Origin: an uncultured Chloroflexia bacterium
Lineage (GTDB): Bacteria; Chloroflexota; Limnocylindria; QHBO01
Direction: 5' to 3'
Length of the DNA stretch: 64,000 nt
NCBI GenBank assembly: GCA_963814375.1
Contig: CAWFCQ010000007.1
Span: 1 to 64,000 of the forward strand
Of this stretch, positions 56,391 to 64,000 are shown piece after piece; position 1 is the stretch's first letter, and each line of letters opens with the position of its first letter. A program made the position numbers and the translations under genes. The notes below the pieces were generated by a model, which ran no database searches, was not told the DNA's origin, and saw nothing but the letters and a program-made list of their open reading frames with translations.

Positions 56391-57507
56391 GTCGCGCACC
56401 ACGAAGTCTTCGAACGTCTCGCGGCGCCGGCTGAGCCGCAGCTCCCCTTCCTCGATCACGGCCTGCGCCGGCCGCAGCCGACCGTTGTAGCTCGAGGCCA
56501 TCGCCGCGCCATAGGCGCCGGCCGACCCGATCGCCAGCAGGGCACTTACGCCCGCCATCGGGCCAAGGTCGACGTCGCGGGCCAGCAGGTCTCCCGCTTC
56601 GCAGATCGGCCCGGCGAGGGTCCACCGCTCGACGTCCGTCGGCAGCGGACCACCCGGTGCGAGAACGCTGACCGGATGCTCCGCGCCATAGAGCATCGGC
56701 CGGATCAGCTCGGTCATGCCCGCGTCGACGACGAGGTGGCCGCGGGCCTGGATACGGACGACGCGCGTGACCAGCCATCCGGCATCGCCGACGATGCTGC
56801 GTCCGGGCTCGACGATCAGCAGCCCAGGCTCCGGGAGCGCCGATCCGATCGCGGCGGCATAGCCTTCCGGCGCGCCGATCCAGCCGCCGCCGAGGTCCAC
56901 GCGCTGGGCGCCGGCCTCGGAAGCGAGACGCGCGAGCAGCTCGGCGAGTCGCCGGAAGGCGTCGAGATCCGCGATCTCCGAGCCGATGTGCGCGCCGATC
57001 GACTCGAGCTTCCCGCCGGCAACGCGGATGCGGCGCAGCGCCTCGCTCAGCTCGTCGAGCGAGATCCCGAACTTCGACCCGGCCGCCCCGGTGGCGAGGT
57101 GTGGATGCGTCTGCGCATCGAGCGCTGGGTTGATCCGGAGGCCGATGCGTGCCGCTCCGACCTCGAGCAGCGTGTCGAGAGCGCCAAGGGTCTCGGCGTT
57201 GACGAGCGCACCGGTGTCGGCGGCCGCGGCCAGGTCGGGATCGGTCTGTCCCACGCCGTTGACGACGATCCGCTCCGGTGGACATCCGGCGCGAAGGGCC
57301 AGCGCGAGCTCGACCGGACCGACCACCTCGAATCCACACCCATCACGCCGCGAGCCGTCGGAGGAGCGCCGGATCAGGGTTTGCCTTGACGGCGTAGGCG
57401 ACGAGGGCGCCAGGCAGTGCCGCGCGCCAAGCCGCGGCCCGATCCGCAGCAGCGTCGAGGTCGGTCACGTAGAGAGGCGTCCCCCACCGCGACGCCGCCT
57501 CGCGCAT
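56385..57507 (-). CDS. lysA: Diaminopimelate decarboxylase-like PLP enzyme (frameshift near 57340)
   Basis: TPLYV, YAVKAN, SKFG, HIGS, DLGGG, EPGR, GPICE, GAYG...YN. Confidence 0.82.
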
Positions 57508-57517
57508 GAGTTCGGGG

Positions 57518-57726
57518 TCACTCCTCTGGCGCAGGCAGCTCCTCCCATTCCGTCGACGAAGAAGTCGACACACCGCACGCGGGCAGACGTAGACGTCGAA
57601 GTGCTCTTTGTTGACGAAGCTCTCCGAGGTCGCCAGTGCACCCCAGCGAGTGCCGTGGTGGAAGTCCCGCGTCCCGGCGTATTCGAGCGGGATGCGGCAG
57701 CGAGCGCAGGCGAGTTCGTCGGTCAT
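57518..57726 (-). CDS. Small zinc-ribbon protein (frameshifted)
   Basis: CARC...YVCPR(C); alternate frame ends DFFVDGMGEELPAPEE*. Confidence 0.65.
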
Positions 57727-57952
57727 GGGGCCCTATTGTGGACTGATGAAGCTCCGACCATCCGTCTCTCGGATGTAACCTTCTAAGCCCACCGGCAGCA
57801 TCGCGTCGTCGCCGGTAGTGCCAGCGTGACCGATGAGTTTCGGGCCACCGCGGCAGTCAAGTAGGCATCGGGCAGTCGAGACGCGCAAGCCCAAGTGATC
57901 AGGCGCCGCCGACAGCGTGGCCTGCACCATCCGCCAGAAGGAGCGACAACTG

Positions 57953-58318
57953 ATGCAGTTCTTCTTGACCGTGCCCCACGACTCGGCCGAGGAGCCGACC
58001 ATGGCGTCGATGGACCCGGCCGAACTAGAGGCCGCGCTGGCCGCCGTGGAGGAGTTCAATGCCGACCTACACAAGTCCGGGGCGTTTCGCTTCGCCGGGG
58101 GCCTGCACCCGCCGTCGTCGGCCAAGACCGTCGACGCCAGCGGCGGCGAGCCCGTGGTGGTCGACGGACCGTTCGTTGAGGCGCCGGAGTACGTGGGCGG
58201 CTTCTGGGTGATCGAGGCCGCTGACCAAGATGCCGCTGTCCGGTGGGCGACGAAGGCGTCGAAGGCACTGGGTGGCCGCATCGAGGTGCGCGCCTTTCAG
58301 GAGCCACAGGACGCCTGA
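57953..58318 (+). CDS. YciI family protein
   Basis: GGLHPP, VVDGPFVEAPEYVGGFWV, IEVRAF; AAGGAG RBS. Confidence 0.92.
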   Translation: MQFFLTVPHDSAEEPTMASMDPAELEAALAAVEEFNADLHKSGAFRFAGGLHPPSSAKTVDASGGEPVVVDGPFVEAPEYVGGFWVIEAADQDAAVRWATKASKALGGRIEVRAFQEPQDA

Positions 58319-58391
58319 TCGACCGGAGATCGCCGGCAGCCCTTCGCGCCGGGTTCGGCACCGAGGCGTCGCGCGACCACGATTGACGCAC

Positions 58392-59258
58392 TCAGGCCAG
58401 GCGCCAGTGGAGCGGTGACTCCTCCTCCTGCGCGCCGCAGCTGATCGGACGCGCCGGCTCGGCCGGCTCGGCTCGCAGGTCGATCGGGTGGGTCATGCCG
58501 TCCCGCGTGCGGAGGGTGACCTTGGCGCGGTCGGCCTTCGTCTCCACGGACACGAGGCTAACGTCGTCGATCCGGACCAGGCCGGCGCGCTCGCGCAGCG
58601 TCTGCTCGGCGACCTGCGCGGGAGCCGGCCATGCCGAGCGCCCGCGCAACCGGGCAACGTCGAGAGTGCCGTCGAGGTAGGCATCCGCGAGCCGTGGGCC
58701 GTCGTCGGCGGTGACGCGTCCGTACACGATGCCGTCCGGCAGGCACACGAGGTTGCCCGCGAACCGATGGCCGCCGAGGTGGGTGCACTCCCAGACCCGC
58801 TCGGCGTGCTCGGCCGCCAACGCGGCGACGAGCGCGCGTCCGCGCAGGGCGCAGCAGGCGTCGCGCTTGCCATTCGTGCAGACCAGGAAGATCGGGTCGC
58901 GAAGCGGCGCACCGAACTCGGCAAGCGCACCTTCGCCGACCGATGCGATCGAGAGCTCGGCCGGGTCGGTGATGCTGCGGATCGCCATCTCGCCTCGCTC
59001 GGTGTCGACCAGGATCGCGCGCCGCACCGCATCGGCTGCCGGATCGCCCTCCCTCCGCCGAACGAGCAGGAGGCGCATCCCGAGCCGCTTCGCCGCGGCC
59101 GCGGCATCGGCGCCGAAGACGTCCTCGACGGCGTGGCTGCCCCAGGCGGATCGGTCCTCGAGCAGCAGCCACCGGCGTCGCTGGTCGACCGTCCCGATCA
59201 TGGGCTCGGCCAGCTGCTCGGCCAGCGCCGAGCAGCGCATCGGCGTCGCGAGGGTCAT
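58392..59258 (-). CDS. Sucrase/ferredoxin-like (2Fe-2S thioredoxin-fold) protein
   Basis: VCTNGKRDACCA, WECTHLGGHRFA, YGR, RGRS. Confidence 0.88.
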   Translation of the reverse strand: MTLATPMRCSALAEQLAEPMIGTVDQRRRWLLLEDRSAWGSHAVEDVFGADAAAAAKRLGMRLLLVRRREGDPAADAVRRAILVDTERGEMAIRSITDPAELSIASVGEGALAEFGAPLRDPIFLVCTNGKRDACCALRGRALVAALAAEHAERVWECTHLGGHRFAGNLVCLPDGIVYGRVTADDGPRLADAYLDGTLDVARLRGRSAWPAPAQVAEQTLRERAGLVRIDDVSLVSVETKADRAKVTLRTRDGMTHPIDLRAEPAEPARPISCGAQEEESPLHWRLA

Positions 59259-60565
59259 TCGGCCTGTGCCGGGATCTCGCGAAGGGTGCGAACGGGTGAG
59301 AAGAGGACCGGCAGGAAGGCGGTCAGGGCGCCGATGGCCGACACCCACAGCGCCGCGTGGAGGCCGACGACGGTCCCGAGCAGGCCGCCGAGCACCGCGC
59401 CGATCGGGATGGTGCCCCACACGATGAGGCGCATCGTGGCGTTCATGCGCCCGAGCATACGGTCCGGCGTGATCGCCTGCCGCAGCCCGACCTGGTTGAC
59501 GTTGTACGCGACCGTCGTGAACCCGCCGATGATCCCGCCGATCACGAGGAACCAGAAGGGATCGTCCTGCGGTGCGAGCGGAACGAACAGCAGCGCAACC
59601 CCCGAGAACGCCGCGGTGACGATGATGGTCGGGCCGATGCCGATCGCCTTCGCCAGGCGGCCGCCGGTCAGCGCGCCGAGCAGCACGCCGATGTTGCCAA
59701 GCGCGAAGATGAGGCCGAGCATGCCGGCGCTGAGCTCGAGCTCCTCGACGGCATAGAGGATCAGGATCACCCCGCCGATGTTCCCGAACAGGTTCGCCGT
59801 CCCGGTGCAGGCGGCGATGCTGCGCAGGTACCTGTTCGAGAGAACGTAGCCGAGCCCGGCGCGAGCCTCCTGCCACATGCTCGGCCGCTCGCCCTGGGCC
59901 GGATCATGCGGCTCCGGACCGGCCTCGTTCCGCCGGATGAGCCCGACGAACAGCGCTGCCCCGAGATAGCTGATGGCGTCGAAGAAGATCGCCAGCGGCG
60001 CGCGAACAAGCTCGATCAGCACGCCCGCGATGGTCGGGCCCAGGACCGAGGAGGCGGCGCGTGACAGCTCGAGCTTCGAGTTGCCCTCCACCAGCTCGTC
60101 GCGCTCGACGACGCTGGGCAGATAGGACTGGTAGGCAACGTCGAAGAACACCTCGAGCGTGCCGGCCACGAAGGCCACGATGTAGACCTGCCAGATGGTG
60201 AGCGCGCCCAGCACGAAGGCGATCGGGATCGAAACCAGCAGTGCCGCGCGCGCGATATCGGCGCCGATGAGGATCGGACGGCGACGCATGCGATCGACCC
60301 ACACCCCGGCCGGCAGGGTGAAGAGGATCCACGGCAGGAACCGCACGACGCCGAGCACGCCGAACTCGACCGCGCCCGCCCCGAGCACACTGATGGCGAG
60401 GAGCGGGATGGCGAGCTCGGTGATCTCGTCGCCGAACTGGCTGATGGTCTGCCCGGTCCAGAGCTTCATGAAGTCGCCCTGGCGCCACAGGCTCGGCCGA
60501 TGCGGGACGGTGGCGGCCACTTCGCTCAGGGACGGGTCTCCGGTCGGATTGCGCTCGAGGGACAT
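59255..60565 (-). CDS. MFS transporter (MFS_3-like)
   Basis: LWTGQTISQFGD, GVWVDRMRRR, LGRMNA; about 12 TM. Confidence 0.93.
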   Translation of the reverse strand: MSLERNPTGDPSLSEVAATVPHRPSLWRQGDFMKLWTGQTISQFGDEITELAIPLLAISVLGAGAVEFGVLGVVRFLPWILFTLPAGVWVDRMRRRPILIGADIARAALLVSIPIAFVLGALTIWQVYIVAFVAGTLEVFFDVAYQSYLPSVVERDELVEGNSKLELSRAASSVLGPTIAGVLIELVRAPLAIFFDAISYLGAALFVGLIRRNEAGPEPHDPAQGERPSMWQEARAGLGYVLSNRYLRSIAACTGTANLFGNIGGVILILYAVEELELSAGMLGLIFALGNIGVLLGALTGGRLAKAIGIGPTIIVTAAFSGVALLFVPLAPQDDPFWFLVIGGIIGGFTTVAYNVNQVGLRQAITPDRMLGRMNATMRLIVWGTIPIGAVLGGLLGTVVGLHAALWVSAIGALTAFLPVLFSPVRTLREIPAQAE

Positions 60566-61153
60566 CTAGGAGCCCTCCGGCTTTCCGGCCCAGTCAGGCA
60601 CGTAGACGGCGCCGACGAATCCGAAGGCCTCGCCCTTCCCGGGCGCCCCGTCCGCGAACTCGGCGGCGAGGGCATTGACCATCTCGGCGAACCGCTTGGC
60701 GCGGGCGGCCGGCATCCGGGCGCGGACGACGATCGACATCGACGGGTCGTCGCCTCCGGCGGACGGGCGCGCCTCGCCGATCGCCTGGCGCAGCGGCAGG
60801 GTGCCGAGCTCGGGATGCTCGCCCGCCAGCTCGCTCTCGCTCTCCGGCAACCGAAACTGGCCAGCGACGCGCACGTAGCGCTTCTCGACCACGCCGCGGA
60901 TGCGGTGCCGCTCGGCGATCCGGATCAGGCCGGCGTCGGCCAGCACCCGCACGTGGTGCCCGATCGTGCCCTTCGCAGCGCCCAGCGACCGGGCCAGCTC
61001 CTGGATGCTGGCGGGACCGTCGAGGAGGCGTCCCAGAATGCGCCAACGGGTCGGATCGCCGAGCGCGTGAAGCTGATCCGGGCGGTCGATGGTGAAGTAG
61101 TCGGCCATCGGGCCGGAGGCACTATGGTCGGGATCTGCTGATTGGTCGGCCAT
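60566..61153 (-). CDS. ArsR-like (HTH_20) regulator
   Basis: ALGDPTRWRIL, SIQELA, HHVRVLADAG, GVVEKRY. Confidence 0.88.
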   Translation of the reverse strand: MADQSADPDHSASGPMADYFTIDRPDQLHALGDPTRWRILGRLLDGPASIQELARSLGAAKGTIGHHVRVLADAGLIRIAERHRIRGVVEKRYVRVAGQFRLPESESELAGEHPELGTLPLRQAIGEARPSAGGDDPSMSIVVRARMPAARAKRFAEMVNALAAEFADGAPGKGEAFGFVGAVYVPDWAGKPEGS

Positions 61154-61176
61154 TGCCGACCATTACATCACGCCCG

Positions 61177-61833
61177 TCAATTCCCGCGCACCACCGCCAT
61201 CGTCAGCCCGTCCCCGATGGGCAGGATGGTGTGATCGACCCGCTCGTCGGTGGCGATCTTCTCGTTGAGCGCTCGGATCGCCGTCACCTGCTCGTCGTTC
61301 TGGGACGGGTCGGCGACTCTGCCGCTCCACAGGGTGTTGTCGATCATGATCAATCCACCCGGCCGGACGACGCGGAGGCAGCCCTCGTAGTACGCGTCGT
61401 AGCTCGGCTTGTCCGCGTCGATGAACGCGAGGTCGAAGCTGTCTTCGTCGAGCGAGGCAAGCGTCTCGGTGGCCGGCCCCAGGCGCAGCTCGATCCGGTC
61501 CGCGACGCCCGCATCGGCCCACGCCTTGCGCGCGAGGCTGGTCCACTCCTCGCTCACGTCGCAGCACAGCATCCGTCCGTCCGACGGCTGCGCCAGCGCC
61601 ATGGCGGTCGAGGAGTACCCGGTGAAGGTGCCGATCTCGAGGATCCGCTTCGCGCCGATGAGCCGGACGACGAGTCCCATGAACGCGCCCTGGTCCGGCC
61701 CGATCTGCATCCCGTGCTCGGGCAGCGGCGCGGTCTGCTCCCGGAGGCCGGCGAGGACCGGGTGCTCGCGCACGCCGTATCGGCGGACGTACTCGACGAG
61801 CTCGTCGGTCATGGGCAGGGTGCGATCAGCCAT
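61177..61833 (-). CDS. O-methyltransferase (Methyltransf_3, caffeoyl-CoA OMT-like)
   Basis: MQIGPDQG, LEIGTFTGYS, FIDADK, DNTLWSG, IGDG. Confidence 0.93.
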   Translation of the reverse strand: MADRTLPMTDELVEYVRRYGVREHPVLAGLREQTAPLPEHGMQIGPDQGAFMGLVVRLIGAKRILEIGTFTGYSSTAMALAQPSDGRMLCCDVSEEWTSLARKAWADAGVADRIELRLGPATETLASLDEDSFDLAFIDADKPSYDAYYEGCLRVVRPGGLIMIDNTLWSGRVADPSQNDEQVTAIRALNEKIATDERVDHTILPIGDGLTMAVVRGN

Positions 61834-61902
61834 TGATCGCCATCGTACGCCGGTGGGATATCGGGTGGGGCCGCATCCCACCCGATCCCGTGATGCGGAG
61901 GT

Positions 61903-62884
61903 TCAGCGGCTGAGGCGGCGCCTCCAGACGATCGCGATCGTCGTCGTCGAAATCAGCATGAGCGCGCCGAGGCCGATGACGAGGCCGGGCTGAGAGCTCG
62001 GAACCTCCGTGCTGGTGTCGGGCAGGCTCCCCCCATCTCCACCGGCGCCGGCCCCGCCCGCGGGTGTGGCGACCGGGGTGGCGGACGCGCCACCAGGCGG
62101 CACCGCGTGGGGATCGGAGTCGGGGTCGGGGTCGGGGTCGCCGCCGTCCCGGCAATGTCGAAGTCGAACGTCTCCGTCGTCGCCACCTCTCCATCTAGGG
62201 TGGTCAGCGACACGCCGTCGGCGTAGCTCGTGATCGCCGGATGGCACCGCCAGGTGCCGATTGCGATCTGAACGGCCGAAAATCGCCCAGTCGGGTATTC
62301 CGCTTTGAACTCCGCGAATGTGCAGGGATCCGCCATGGGGCAGAAGCCGTCCTCGATGTTGGTCTGCCAGACCACGGTCGCATCTCCGAGCGCGTGTCCT
62401 GCCAGACATTCGGCGTGACTGTCCCGTTTCTCCACGGGTCCACGACGAGCGTCGTGAAGACCGAAGTTCCGAGCTGGTAGCCGGAAAGACGCAGCGAGGC
62501 TGCTTCTTCATCCATGCCAGTTGCACCGGTCACGAACGTCCGCCAGCCACCGGCGGTCAGGTCGGAGAATGGGATGCCGAGCGGGAGGAAGGGGTGCGCC
62601 ACGCCGGCGAAGTCCGTATTCGCCGCCACGGTCATCGCGAGGCTGCCGAGCCCCAAGGTTCCCGGGCCAGGCCCTTCGACCAGCTCTGTGCTTCCGCCGG
62701 CGGTGTTATCCGGGCTCTGGATCCATCCCCCGCCCGGAATCGTCGTGACGACGACCGTGCCGCCTCCACCAAGCACGGCGGGCGCGAGTGCCGCGGCTGC
62801 CAACACGATGACGACTGCGAGCAGTGCCACAACGCGTACACGTGGGCGTGGCCTGGTCTGCGATCGAGGTGACTGGTCGGTCAT
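61903..62884 (-). CDS. Secreted surface protein with LPDTS-TM-basic C-terminal sorting signal (frameshifts)
   Basis: Signal peptide; PTPTPTP linker; LPDTS...GLVIGLGALMLISTTTIAIVW-RRRLSR. Confidence 0.7.
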
Positions 62885-63160
62885 GACGTTCCCTTCGTCT
62901 ACAGATCGTGAGCGACGTTGTGACTGAGCCGCGGAGGCTGCGGCGCATGACGATTGCGCACCACCACGCCGTCGACGTGGGTCGTAACCTCGGGAAGCGC
63001 CGTGCCGAGCGCGACCTGGGCGGCGGTATGCGGTCGCGGTGACTGGTCGGGCATGCCGACCCCTTTGCCGTACGGCTGGCGGTTATCATCCGTCCGTACG
63101 GTTCCATACACAAGCAGGCAGGCCCTTGCCTGCTGGAACCGGCGGTCGAGGGACCCGCCT

Positions 63161-64000
63161 TCAGGGGAGGAGCCACTCCTCGCGGTTGGAGGCGGGCACC
63201 TCGCCGCCATCGAGCCAGCGCAGGACGTAGAACTCGGTGCCGATCACCTGGTCTCCGAGGTCGTCCGGCAGCTCCAGCATCCAGCCGAAGTCCTGTCGCT
63301 GCGTCTTGTGACAGTCCATGCTGCGCCGCTTGGCATCGGCGAAGGCCGAGACATCGACGCGGGTCGTGACATCGGCGTCGGCGCGGCCGAACTCGAAGGC
63401 GTCGTCCTCCGCGCTCTCCACCGAGTCCGCGCCCGCTGGGGTGTCCTCCGCGTTCTCGTCGTCCATGCCCCACGGGAGGGCGATGCCTCGCTCCTTCATG
63501 GTTTCCATCATCTCGAGCCAACGCTCGCGGACAAAGGCGATCTCATAGAAGCGCGAGACCTCCCATTCCTCCCCGGCCGATGCGGTGTACGCCTCTCGGG
63601 CGATACGGGCCGCGTTGATGTGGTCCGGGTGGCCGTAGTTGCCGTTCTCGTCGTAGCTGACGATGGCCGACGGTCGCGCCTCGCGAACGACCTCGATCAG
63701 GCGGACCGTCGCCTCCTCCAGGTCGGACTGCCAGAACGAGTCGGGATGCTCGTTGGCATCCGTGCCGATCATGCCCGAGTCGCGATAGCCCAGGAGGTGC
63801 TGGTGGATGGCGCCGCCGCCGAGGGCATCCACCGAGCACGCGAGCTCGGCCGCGCGGATCTGCGCGAGTCGGGGACGCGCCTCGTCGTGATCGAGCGTCG
63901 GGTCGTGGATCTCCCCCTCGGCCCCGTCCGTGCACGTCACCAGGTCGACCCGCACACCCTCGGACACGAGGCGCGCGATGGTACCGCCGGTCCCCACCGA
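63161..64000 (-). CDS. PIG-L family deacetylase (MshB/Mca-like), truncated by the window edge
   Basis: TCTDGAEGE, R.AEL, LGYRDSGM, GNYGHPDH, H.TQ. Confidence 0.9.
   Translation of the reverse strand, partial: SVGTGGTIARLVSEGVRVDLVTCTDGAEGEIHDPTLDHDEARPRLAQIRAAELACSVDALGGGAIHQHLLGYRDSGMIGTDANEHPDSFWQSDLEEATVRLIEVVREARPSAIVSYDENGNYGHPDHINAARIAREAYTASAGEEWEVSRFYEIAFVRERWLEMMETMKERGIALPWGMDDENAEDTPAGADSVESAEDDAFEFGRADADVTTRVDVSAFADAKRRSMDCHKTQRQDFGWMLELPDDLGDQVIGTEFYVLRWLDGGEVPASNREEWLLP

Noticed and set aside
57740-57790. Hammerhead ribozyme (CTGATGA)
   Set aside because: No stem II followed by GAAA.
26952-61153. The two ArsR-MFS pairs and the two YciI genes as recent duplications
   Set aside because: The proteins are highly diverged members of common paralog families.

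Overview
A GC-rich (roughly 70%) bacterial chromosomal segment. The gene repertoire (paralogous zinc-ribbon/class III cyclase/AAA/TPR proteins, XRE-HTH plus nuclease-like proteins, class II RNR) suggests Chloroflexota, possibly Limnocylindria, but this is inference only. Many genes carry single-base frameshifts, most likely uncorrected long-read errors. Content in order: TetR/methyltransferase and stress genes, a GcvT-like aminomethyltransferase, a DesKR-type two-component system with ABC-2 exporter, a Cys-rich protein/DUF1360 operon, nrdJ with two NrdR boxes, two cyclase-ATPase-TPR paralogs, ArsR-MFS pairs, a DUF3618/holin-like triad, myo-inositol (iolB, iolD, iolE, iolG-like) and xylose (xylA, xylB, xylFGH, ROK regulator) clusters, a lysA-like decarboxylase and a PIG-L deacetylase. 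The top finding is six co-oriented, intergenic, 131-133 bp palindromic elements confined to 18.4-33.3 kb. Each has 27-bp terminal inverted repeats and three helically phased TTACC-N6-GGTAA boxes. Two of them directly flank an XRE-HTH plus putative PD-(D/E)XK nuclease gene. The arrangement parallels REPIN/RAYT systems but with a different protein, so it is a candidate undescribed repeat-nuclease system.
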